DNA of 64,000 bases from Antedon mediterranea (Eukaryota; Animalia; Echinodermata): contig NC_092671.1 in the NCBI RefSeq assembly GCF_964355755.1, positions 6,386,001-6,450,000 of the forward strand, written 5' to 3'. The notes under the pieces were generated by a model. That model saw only the letters and a program-made list of their open reading frames with translations. It was not told the DNA's origin and ran no database searches. A program made the position numbers and the translations under genes. Of the stretch, positions 26,295 through 37,352 are shown one piece after another. Numbering within the stretch: the stretch's first letter is position 1; the number at the start of each line of letters is the position of its first letter.

Positions 26295-29200
26295 TTAAAG
26301 AGTGACGTTGTATGAATCAACATATAATTGTCCAGGTACTTCATTGTTGCTCTGATGAATCCTTTCCGGGAAATGTTCCATGTCACAAAGCAAATTGAAT
26401 ATATTTGGATCGATATCATCTTTTAGATGGTTGACTGCTTCAATGTCATAATGTGTGTCCGTGAATTCAGATACGTATATAACGTCCATAATGCCTTCGG
26501 AACGCATTACCGCTTCATCTTCGTAATTATCTACCAGAGCAGCATTGAGGGTCACATCGGATACAATATCCCAGTATTTCCGTGCAAGGTGGTTTTTGAT
26601 TGGTGCGTATGGTGTACGAGTGTATTTTAATTCAGCATCATAAGCTTTCTTGTCTACATCCAGGACAGGCTCAAAGTGTGCACATACGTTTGATAGGTAG
26701 ATGTTTCTTTCAGATACTAAATCACCAAACTGATTACTTATTGGTGCATATTTCAACCATTCATAATGTGGAAGCCCTTTCCTTCTTCCATATTTACTGT
26801 AAACATAAACATTCGTATTTGACATGGTCGCAAATGCCATGATTTCGATGTCCGAACCCCATGTCCCATATTCCCCCATTCTCGTGTCTTCCACGTATCG
26901 TTCAAATGATCTGGATTCAATTTTTTCAAATAGGTTTTTGTTCATGGACATATAGTTTAGTATGTAATCCCGTACAACTACATGGTAGTTCTGGACACCA
27001 AAGAGAATATAACTCAAAGCCCTAAAAAGACAGTTGCCGTCCCCTCTCATATTAACAACTTTAGTAGGCCTGGCTGCCTTGTCCATTTCACATTTTAAGT
27101 GAGTTTTGTGAAAATTTTTGACATTGATACCAAATGGTGCTGCCTTTTCAAGCTGCCAATTGGCATCGACAGGAAAGAATAACTTTCTTGAAGTTTTCGT
27201 GTTGAGGTATACCACATCACTATCAGATACAGGCCTACTGTTGTCATGGTCATCATCCGGTGCGACATTATCATTGTCTAATGTAGGTATGTTATCGTGA
27301 TTATCCAGTGTGATATCATCGTTCTTGGATGTAGGTATGTTAATGTGATCATCCGGTGTGATATCATAATTTTTGGATGTAGGTCTGTTATCGTTATCAT
27401 CAACATTCTTGGATGTAGGTATGTTAATAATGTGATCATCCGGTGTGATATCACCATTCTTGGATGTAGGTATGTTATCATGGTGCGTTACTTCAGGTGG
27501 GATGTCTGGCGTTCGCTTTCGTTTCTTTGGAGGGAGATGCTTATCATTGGTATTACATTTCTGTTTAGTGCTTGATGATGGACAGTTCAAAGAGGTTGTT
27601 TTATCGGACTTGTAATGTCTGATCTTGTTTCCGTTAACAATAGCCCTTCTTCCTTTTAGTCGATATGTATTGTGAGTGAGGACTTTTTCTATAATATATG
27701 GACCAGTCCATCGAGCATTAAGTTTGCCTCCCTTTCTTGACAAATTTCTGGAATTCTGCAAGAGCACTTGATCTCCTGCATAGTACGTGTTGCTTTTAAC
27801 ACCAGCATCATGATAATGTTTTTGCTTTTTCTGTGCTTTTTTGATATTTTCTGATGCCTTTCTCCTTGAATCTTTGAGTTTCAAAAAAGCGTCCACTCTT
27901 ATTTTTAAAGGAACAGTTCCGGATATGTCATCTTTATTAGACGAAACGATGGGAATACGTAATTCTACAGGCAACACAGCCTTTCTACCGTAAACTAATG
28001 AGAATGGGTCACATTTCGTAGACTTGTGCTCGGATGTTCTGTAGGCAAACAACACGTATGGGAGTTGTATATCCCAGTCATTTTGGTCTGCGTTGGTCAA
28101 CGTCATAAGCATTGTGCAAAGTGTTCTGTTAAAGCGCTCCGTTTGCCCGCCTGTTTGAGGATGGTATGGTGAGGCAACTCTGTGGTCTACCCCAATCAGC
28201 TTACAGAAGCTGTCATTCAGCTCATTACAAAACTCTCTACCCTGGTCTGTAATCAATATAGAAGGTGTTCCATGTCTGCAGACAAAATCAATAAAAGATC
28301 TCAGCACTGTTTTAGCAGATTTATCTGGAATTGCATCAGCTTCCACCCATTTGGTAAGATACTCCGTAAATACAAGTAAGTACCGATTACCTGAAACACA
28401 GCAAATAGTAATATAATAAGCCGTAATAATAGTAGTGTCAAAATGTCATGATGAGATGTACAACACCCGAACTGTACGAATGAAATAACAATAATAATAA
28501 CAATATTAATATCAATAAATATAATAAGAACAAGAACAATAATAATATCGTGGATTTACATAGCGCCTAATGTTGTAAAACCTCTATGCGCTGAACAGTA
28601 TTACCCCAGTCATGGTTTGGATCAAATTAAAACAGGCAGAAATAAAGATTATTACAGTATAGCCATAATCGATGTAAATCCGGTGACAATAATAAGAGCA
28701 TCTGATTCTTGGTAAATCTAGTTTTTGTTGACAGTGTAAAAAAGAGAACTGTCATAATTTTAGTTTAGTTAACAATTTCAAGAAACCTCACAGAAATTGC
28801 GCTTGTGCCTTTACAATAATAAATTTAAGTTCAGCCCTATTACAATAAAGGCCGAACAGAACTAATTATTAACTGTAATTTTAGGCCCTGAAGAATGAAT
28901 TACAAAGTTTTCTGAACGTATTTCATTCATGTCTTCTTGCTTTTTACTTTTACGTTTTGATTTAGCTTTTTTATCCAGTCACAGCATTTTTGTTTTTCAG
29001 TAATTTGTCATGAGATACCTTACCATTTTCTGTCTTTACCAAAGGCCCAACAATATCCATACCGATCTGTCTGAAAGCAGTATCTGTTACGGGTATAGGT
29101 TGAAGTGGCACTTTTGCTTTTTTTAAAACTTCTTTCCGTTGGCACTGATCACAGGCGGCTATAAAATTACGAACACCATCAAATGACCCCTTCCAATAAT

Positions 29201-32115
29201 ACCTTTCGCGTATCTTTTTCCAACTGTTAAAAAAAAAAAAAAGTGTTTATTGTATTGATGATATTCAATCTCTTTGTAGGTTTACTATTGACCTTAAAAC
29301 TGTATTATGGATTCTTTAAATATTTTAATTTTATTTTGTTTTTTAATATTATTTATTATTTATTACCGCAGTTCACATCACCATTCTCATCAATGCATTA
29401 TAATAACATTACAGTTTGGCGTTCCATATATTTTAACTTTTCGTTTAAGGCAAGCACTGGGCACAACTGATTAATTAACTTTTAATATTTATCTATGTTT
29501 CTAGTTTTTTTATTTGACAATGATAAATGAATATTGAAAAGGGAAAAGATACCTTCTATGAAAAATGTCCATCAGTCCGTGATGATTCCGTGTCACATTG
29601 TACCAGGGAGATTTACATCTCCCTGATTGTACCGTGTTTACATTCTAAATACCCCCATATAAACTTCAAATTGAGTGCAGCCTCCCATACAAAATAACTA
29701 CGCCCTCAATCTGGTAATAATTCACTCAGGCAATAAAAAACTAACTTGAAAAGTATAAATAATTAATTGTCCTACTAGAATTATTGTGTACGCTTGGTGA
29801 ATGTGCGACAGAGTAGATATAAAAATCGCCACTTTTTTAAAAAAATAAACAAGGGGAAATATATACGTTTTAACACTACATACTGGTTAAATTTATTTAT
29901 TTTTAAAATGTAGAGGACACCCTATTAAGGAAACCGGGTACTTTTTAGTGAGCCACAATGGTAGATTGCGAGAGGTAGTGGTCCTTTAAAATAGGTGGTC
30001 ACTTACGAAAGATGTGGTCGATAAGGGAGGTGGTCGCTTACGATATGTGATCGATTATGAGAAGCGGTCTCCTAACAGAGAGGTCGTTTATTAGAAGTGG
30101 TCACTTAAGAGAGGTGATTTATACAAGAGTTGGTATATTATGAGAAGCGGTCCATTTAGAGATATGGTGGTCTTCTAAAAGAGATCATCACTTACGAGAG
30201 GCGGTCGAAAATAAAAAGCGGTCGCTTACGAGAGTTGTGGTTGTTAAGAGAGGTGGTCGCTTACTACGAGAGGTGGTCGATTATGAGAAGCGGTCCATAA
30301 TGAGAGGATGTGATCACTTACAATAGTTGGTCGATTATGGGAAGCGATCCCTTAACAGAGACGATGGCCGTTTAATAGAGGTGGTCACCCAAAAAAGTTG
30401 TCGTTACGAGAGAGGAAGTCGATTATGAGAAACGGTCCCTTAAAAGAGTTGGTTGCTTACGATGTGTGGTCGTTTTAGAAAGTTGGTCGGTTACGAGACG
30501 TGGATAGATGGATAGCTAAGTAAACAGATGCATTTGCACATGATTTAGACATTTAGGTTTGTAAAATATATATTTTCTACATTAGCTGGCGATAGTCCTA
30601 CATTAGCTGGGATGCAATTTTCGTTCCTACATTCGTTGTTGATCGTTCTACATGGTGTTAATTTTTTTCATTACATAAGCTGCAGGTGGTTTTACTCCAT
30701 TACCGGGGGATTGGAAACTAGTTTTGTTATTGAAAATGCGTTTTTTTTAAAGAAGTATTCCCTAAAAAAAATGTAATAATCCACTTTAAAGTTACATAAT
30801 AAAAGTCTTCTTCCTTACCTTTTTTTTTGTCAAATTGTGTTTTCTTTCATAAGTATACATTTTAAATGAACGAAAGTTAATACTGATATGGCTTTTTGCA
30901 TTATGAATGAGCAACTAATATTGAACATATTTATTATACCAAGACCTGAATAAGTTTTCATTCGGGAAGTATTTGTATCACTATTTAAAACTAAGATATC
31001 TCTCATGAGGGATATCTCTATATTACTTACTTACCAAGATATTTAGAATGGAAGATTCTTGTCCCATTCGGAATATCACAAGTGGATTTTTTTCTGTGTT
31101 AGTTATGCAGTGGGCACGTGTAGAGTACCGTATATGAACTGTTATAAAACTAAAACATTACTATTATAGATAGAGCTAGTTGTACTGTATTCTTCTTGGT
31201 TTTTCGAGGTGTAATAAGCCTACAAAAAAATATCTATTAACATAGATATTTCTTTTAAAAAGTAAGACATCTTAGTTTTCAATTGAAATAATCTATCTTT
31301 ATTAAAAGAGATATCTTAATTTTGAACTAAAGATATATGCGTTGTGTAGCACTGTGTAAATTATATAATAATAATCTGTCAAATTATTGAAACAGTGCTC
31401 ATATTCGGAACATTTTTGATTAATTATTGAATGCCAATATATGTTTTGTATTTTTTACATGTGATATTTTATGTTCAACTTCAATATATTTATACAATTA
31501 ATTGCGATAATATATTGAGTAGAAATTATTATCGACTTAACATATTTTTCATTCATGGAGGTATAAAAATATGTTTGAATCTATATATAAAATACTAACT
31601 TCATAATGTACACGGTCATTATACATTTTTCAATTGATAAGTATTAGTTATTATTCATTTAATTCATTCATTTAATCATTTGTTTCGAATTCTGTGGTCC
31701 ACAGAAAGTAAAATTACGTATAAAATCATTTAAAAACAATGCTGTACTAATTACTAATACTCATCTCAGGATGGCATTCCACCTGGCCAAACATATAAAC
31801 AGTTTTAAAGTCACCCAGAAACTTATCGAAGCTTAAATATTATTTAATTGACAAACTTTAAACTTACGTTTTGTTGACACCCAAGTGACCACCATGTGCC
31901 TGCTTATGGATACTGTTTAACACTTCGTTTTTTTCTTTCGGTAACAATACACGCAACAATCTACCAGAATGTTGTTTGTAATACAAGATATCACGAAGAA
32001 TTGTAAAGTTCTTGGCTTTCCGTCGCAAACTTCGTTTTAATATTTCAGAATAATTTACAGGATAAACGTTGTTTTGTAGATAGTTTCTCAAGGCATCAAA
32101 CTCATGATCGGCCAT
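26295..32115 (-). CDS. Ginger1 transposase: Gypsy-like integrase (YPYY motif, H2C2 zinc finger, DD35E, GPY/F) fused to an OTU cysteine protease; 847 aa from 3 exons
   Basis: Exons 32115-31868, 29223-29024 and 28390-26295 join in frame (2544 nt). Motifs in order: YLQNNVYP..ILYYK; HKQAHGGHLGVNKT-WKKIRERYYW..CDQC; IGMDIVGP; ITDQGREF, 35 aa, QTERFN; RWTGPY; RGDGNCLFRALS ... WG ... HFEPV. Confidence 0.92.
27250..27490 (-). repeat. Coding minisatellite (~17-aa DDHINIPTSKNxDITP units) in the integrase-OTU linker
   Basis: Repeated TTCTTGGATGTAGGTATGTTA; the repeats are visible in the translation. Confidence 0.85.
28490..28630 (-). mobile_element. 3' fragment of an L2-tailed SINE in Ginger intron 2
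   Basis: Matches the tail at 54290-54370 (GCCTAATGTTGT.AAAC...GCGCTGAACA, ATT-repeat tail). Confidence 0.65.
29910..30720 (+). repeat. Dispersed repeat module: ~19-bp GAGGTGGTCGCTTACGA minisatellite plus a TACATTAGCTG block (Ginger intron 1)
   Basis: Homologous to 34130-34640 (direct) and 33660-34130 (inverted). Confidence 0.75.
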
Positions 32116-32340
32116 AATGATAATAAGTAAAAATAGAAAGAAGGCAGATTGTAACGAACAACACCGTGATTGGAACTTTGCAAGCAAAGTGAATGATTTT
32201 TTAAATGTAGGAGGTTTTGAACAAACATTGAGCCAATCAGCTTCTTGCTACATTTGTTTTAACCAATTGCCGATTAGAAGAAAGAGCAAACAGTTTTGTC
32301 AGGTGTAGGCCTATAATTTAAACTTTGTGCCTTAAGTGGA

Positions 32341-32770
32341 TGTCACGAACTCCTTTTACGTATGTTTCCGAGCGGTTGAAAATACTTTAGAAACTCCCTT
32401 GTGACATAAAAGTATACACACCAAATTCACAAAGTTGTAAAATAACTCAAAAACAAATCTTTAATTTCAATCAACTTCAACTTTCAACAACCCAGTAAGC
32501 ATTTTAAACAACAGCTTCACAATAACTTTTACAATCTAATATCCAACCTCTAATATCCAACAACATGACAATAGTTTTACATCCCTTTATATACAAGATG
32601 TTCCTATCCTTCTATATCATTCTTTATACTTCTTATTCTATTTGATTACAGTTTCTATTAATAGCATACTGGAATGTTCCTGATTGTTATTATATTAATT
32701 ATACATGATGTCTTAAATGTAAACATCTTATTCTAGAATGTTCATGGTTAGGGAATGGTAATTTATTACA
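32341..32770 (-). mobile_element. Probable solo LTR (430 bp)
   Basis: TGTCACGAA ... TTTATTACA termini (TG..CA, imperfect inverted ends). Flanks GTGGA/GTGGC match at 4 of 5 positions. On the - strand a TATATAAAG box is followed downstream by ATTAAA. Confidence 0.65.
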
Positions 32771-33659
32771 GTGGCAAGTACACAAAAAATGAGAGAAAAA
32801 AACTATTGGAGGGAAATGCCATTTATTAAATTAAATTTCGAAGATACTCTTATTGGTAAACGCTTCAGTCGTTCTATTACACAATAAATAGCACATTCAG
32901 ATAGGAGTATAAAATATAATCATATAGTTATTCTTTATTACATATTATACGTTCATCTCAAATTATATTATAATATTAATTGAAATTGTATTTAAATTTG
33001 TATCCGTTTTTGTCGACAGGACCACAATGCAAAACAAGTATATTTCTACTTGATTGTGTATAATCCTGTATAAATATGTTGTTAAATAAATAAAATAATA
33101 TTAAATAGTAATCTACGTAAAATAATATTATAGTACATAAGTTCGTATTAAAACCGTTCAGGCTATGAGGCAACCCCCGCTCCCTGTATATTAAATAGAA
33201 ACATTTTTTATAATACTTATACTAGAATCATATACTAATTTATTTAGTTATTTTTTAAAATAAGAGAATTAAATTACGTAACATACTGTGGTATATAATT
33301 CTTGTAATGAAATCATATTCATGGTAAGCGTAATCTTAATTTGAGATATGGCAAGTTCGCACCCCTTCTCCTGACAAATAACAGATGACAGTTAACACGA
33401 CTACCGGTAATTAATATCTCCCGAGAGCCGCTGTTTTGAGGTTGACCTGACAATTGTGGCCTGAGTTATGGGACATTACCCTTGCTGGACATCTGGTAAA
33501 AATAAATACTGATTATGCTGCCACTTTAGTACACAAAACAATAAATAAAAAAAAATAAAAAAACACAACTTGTGGCATTTCCTTTACACTAGTCCCTGTT
33601 CAAAACCGCTAGTGTAGAAAACGGCAGCAAATGTCGTCGAAACTGTCAAATCCACCCAT

Positions 33660-34640
33660 GTAGTAAAACCTAGAACTAGCTAATGTAGAAACACCAACAG
33701 TTATTTATTAAATAAAAATCAACATTAGCTAATATACAACTTAACAGGTAATGAAGTAACGAAAATTGCCTCACAGCTGATGTAGTTAATATCGCCAGCT
33801 AATAAAATAATAATTATATATTTTACAAACCTAAATGTCTAAATCATGTGCAAATGTATTTCTCTACTTAGTTTAGCTGTCAGTCTATCCACCTCTCGTA
33901 AGTGATCGGCTTTCAAAACGTAGCACTCTGATCGTAAGCAACTACCCTTGTTAGCGACCACCTTTAATATTTAAAAGGGACTACCTCTGTTAAAGGACCG
34001 CTTCTCACAATGGACAACTTCCTGAAGGGGTAACCTCCTCTCATAAGGGACTGCTTTTCATAAACTACCACCGCTCGTAGACGACCACTTCTTTTACCGA
34101 CTACACCTCCCGTAAGTGACCACCTCAATAGAGGTGGTAATTTGCGAAAGGTGGTCGTTACGGATGGTAGTCGATTATGAGAAGTGGTCCCAGTGGAGAG
34201 GTGGACGTTTTTTTTTTATAGAGAGGTCGACACTTTAGGCGTGGTCGTTAAGAGAGGTAGTCCGTCATGAGGTTGATTATGAGAAGCCGAGGTGGTGGTC
34301 CTTTAAAATAGCTCGTCCTTGACGAGTGGTGTGGTCGTTAAGAGATGGTGGGCGATTATCAGAGACGGTGGTCGTTCAATAGAGGTGGTTACTTACTAGA
34401 AGTGGTTGTTGGTTGGTCACTTACGAGACGTGGATAGATGGATAGCTACCGGTAAGTAAAGAAATGCATTTTCACATGATGTAGACAGGTTTTTAAATTA
34501 TACAATATTTTCAACATTAGCTGTGAGGCAATTTTCGTTACTACATTATCTGCTGACCGTTCTAAATTAGCTGGTGTTGATTTTAAAAATTGATACATAA
34601 GCTGTTGGTATTTCTGGTATTAGCTGGTGGTTTCTATGTT
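33660..34640. repeat. ~1-kb imperfect palindrome (foldback) of the GAGGTGGTCG module
   Basis: Centre ACCACCTC-AATA-GAGGTGGT at ~34119-34138. The arms mirror each other (CTATCCAC/GTGGATAG, TGTCTAAATCATGTG/CACATGATGTAGACA, AGCTAATG/CATTAGCT). Confidence 0.75.
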
Positions 34641-35079
34641 TATATGTCCATATAAAACAAAAATACAACCGCGATTTTTTAAACTCAGCTGCATGTACAG
34701 ACATTGTGGCAAAGACGTTTTAAACGCTTCATTTCAATATAAGCCATTATTCTATGAATTTGATGTATAACGGTATTGGACTGTTTGTATTGGGAACGAA
34801 ATACCCTAATATTCGAAAAAAACAAAAAACCGAAATACCCTTGAGTGAACGAATAATTATGATGCGCAATTAAGGTGTTTATTTTGCCATATAAAATATA
34901 AAAAACAAATATTTTTTGGTAATATGCATCAACAATATTTTTCAAATGTATTTTAGATAAATAAATAAATAATGTAAAGTCTCTAGAAACAAAGCAAATA
35001 TTGTGACTAACCAATTCAATGTTTTATTAAATAAAAACAAAAATCAGGCATCTGTGAAAAAAATATAATGAAAAAGAAC

Positions 35080-35460
35080 TGACTTTAACAATGACGAACT
35101 TACTTGTTTAAAGAACTTTTGTTATCAGTTGATATTATTAAATTAGTAGCAGTATTATGGATATTACAAAATAATATTTTGAGAACTGAAAAATATTTTG
35201 AGGGAACGAATATATTTAGGGAGAACAAAATAAGATTTCAAGAACTGAATAATATAAAAAACGAATTACTACTTCGAGACAAGGAATGATGATGATGATG
35301 ATGATGATGATCGAGAGAACGAAATAATTTCGAGGGAAATTATTTCGTTCTCTCGCGAAGTAGTAATTCGAATTTCGAATGAAATAATATTTCGAGATAA
35401 CGAAATAGGTAGGCCCTATGCCTATATGATTTAGTGATATTCATTCCCTCGAAATAATAA
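35080..35460. repeat. Degenerate GAACGAAATAATTTCGAG short-repeat cluster with (GAT)n
   Basis: Recurrent AACGAA..TTCGAG units in both orientations; hairpin AACGAAATAATTTC-GAGG-GAAATTATTTCGTT. Confidence 0.55.
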
Positions 35461-35949
35461 TACAGTAGGCTATATATTTTTCAAGTTGTCGATTTACTTC
35501 AAATTGACAACAGGTTGTATATACTCAATCAAAAACAAACAATTTAATTTGATTAGACTATATGTCTCCAGATATAATAATAGTAATATTTATTTCAATC
35601 CACTTGATATTTTGCGATTCAAGTTGGTATTCTAAGGAATTATAATTACCCTAACGGGAGTTGGTGAACGTCCAGTGCCCTAGTTTTTACGGGGTTAATA
35701 TGATGTCGATGTCTCGATGGTCCTACTTTTTTATCGATGAAAGCTGCCCGGGTGGTTGCGGCCATTTTCAACAGCTAGTATTACAATATTCAATGCTGAA
35801 AATTGTCCAGTGGACACTTTCAAACACCGGACAGATTTAAATCTTACACCGGCCTAGCCTTTATTGTTTGTTGGCCTACGTTAGTAGTGTTTCTGGCATA
35901 AATATGATAGAATATAACATACATTATAAACAGAATAATTAAATAAATT

Positions 35950-36140
35950 TTCCTACTTTGTTTTCAGATCCGTTTTCAACTAAAATAAGGTGTTTTTTAC
36001 GATTGGACTGCGAAACGTTTTCTGGAAGGAAAAAAATACACGGGTCGGCGGCTGTGAATATTTGGTTTGGCCGAGGCCGCGCCCTCACACGTCAAAAAGG
36101 TAAATTGGTATATCATTATGGCGCGCCGAAAGTGTCGTCT
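35950..36140 (-). promoter_or_regulatory. Candidate promoter / non-coding exon 1 of TMBIM paralog A
   Basis: CpG-rich patch, CCAAT on the - strand (~36002), GCGCCCTC, and a donor-like AAA|GTAGGA at ~35956. The ATG exon has an acceptor only 7 nt upstream of the ATG. Confidence 0.4.
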
Positions 36141-36143
36141 GTA

Positions 36144-36298
36144 AAGCTCTGTCTACACTATCAAACTTTATGTGACAAAAAAATGTGATGTGCCCATATA
36201 TGGACATGATGATGTCATATCACTACCATACTTGGGCATATCACTACCATATTTGGGCACATCACACTTTTTTGTCAAACTAGTTTGATAGTGCAGAC
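36144..36298. mobile_element. MITE family A copy (reverse orientation)
   Basis: Same TIR and interior as 254-396. Confidence 0.8.
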
Positions 36299-36859
36299 CA
36301 GGTAGATACAGAGCATAGAGCATGATTTACTAATAATTATTTATTTGGATCTACACCTTTATATCGGTTTGACAGGGCAGACTATAGTACAAAGGTGTAT
36401 CCTTCAAAATAAACAATACAACATTTAAAAAAATTAACAGAAGTAATGGCAAAAAGCAAGATAAAGAATACAATAAAAAAAACACATAAACATATTATTA
36501 CACATTATAATTAAAACAACTAACCCACTCAACCCTGCCTGATCCAACCCCATTCATTTTAGTACTTTTTACAAATATATAATTTACACAAAAATTGTTC
36601 ACACAAATTTCCATGCTCGTTTTTTAAGTACAAAAACTATTTAACAATTCCCACTCTTTATCAATAAAAGATCTGAGCATCACAAAATATATTTTTCATT
36701 TTCATAAGATGTATACAATGTATCAAACAGCTCTTTGTTACCACTTTGATATGACGATGTATAAATAAATAATTCTGCATTACTACAGTATAATACAATT
36801 GAGGACGAAATGACAAACAGGCAATAGAAGCGTCCCATACTAGCTGTACGACAAAAAGA

Positions 36860-37280
36860 AGAGCTAACTGGAGAGGGCGGAGCAACATGCAATTGCTTCC
36901 TTCTTGAAATTTCAATTTGTAAACAGGGCGAGTGACGTGAACGTGCACGTGTATACAATAATTGGTAAACCATTTTAACTGGTTATTTTGGTAGTGTAAA
37001 TAAATTATGTTTAAAAAAAATCAATTTGGACATGTATATATAGGCCTAGTTAAATCCTAGATAGCAAGGGTAGCACCTACTAGTAGTAGGCCTAGGTTTA
37101 TTAGGATTATTGATAGACAGACGATCGGGGCGGCAAGCCAGGACCGGACGTGGGGTCTAGGCCTACTAGGCCTAGTCTAGGGCCTAACTAATAATATCTA
37201 TCTAGACCTAGCCTACTTACTTCTACTATAGCCTAGTAGAACAAGAATATGCCCAGTAACTAGCTAGGGCCTACTACACA
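36860..37280 (+). promoter_or_regulatory. Candidate promoter / first intron of the RRM gene
   Basis: GC boxes GGGCGG and GGGCGAG, TGACGTGA, CACGTG and ATTGG, followed by a TAGGCCTA cluster and an acceptor at 37325-37326. Confidence 0.45.
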
Positions 37281-37352
37281 AACTACACTAAACAACTTGA
37301 TCAATGTCCTTATATTTTTTTTATAGGTGTGTGTGACCATTTTCAGAATATA

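Larger units (their letters stand above)
20231..35848 (-). mobile_element. Ginger1 DNA transposon, 15,618 bp including nested insertions
   Basis: CCGG at 20227-20230 and 35849-35852 (4-bp TSD). Termini TGTAAGATT ... AATCTTACA. ~65-bp imperfect TIRs sharing AAAGTGTCC..TGGACA..TTTCAGCATTG. Internal spliced Gypsy-like integrase-OTU gene. TGT ends, a CCGG target, introns and an OTU domain are established Ginger1 features. Confidence 0.92.

Noticed and set aside
30990-31340. AGATATCT-rich patch in Ginger intron 1
   Set aside because: Probably a decayed dispersed repeat; boundaries and unit could not be defined.
26295-32115. Host GIN1/GIN2 gene
   Set aside because: The gene is bounded by TIRs and a TSD, so it was called a transposon. 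Domestication is not excluded but cannot be shown from sequence alone.
26295-32770. Gypsy LTR retrotransposon remnant
   Set aside because: No gag, aspartic protease, RT or RNase H. The integrase has spliceosomal introns and its own ATG, and only one LTR-like segment, with its own TSD-like flanks, is present.
20231-35848. Polinton/Maverick (about 15 kb, integrase plus cysteine protease)
   Set aside because: No pPolB, packaging ATPase or capsid ORFs. The ends are TGT..ACA with a 4-bp CCGG TSD rather than AG-type ends with a 6-bp TSD, and the protease is OTU fused to the integrase.
36330-36973. Small - strand gene or LINE fragment (95-97 aa ORFs)
   Set aside because: No recognisable protein motif or splice chain, and it overlaps the candidate RRM promoter.
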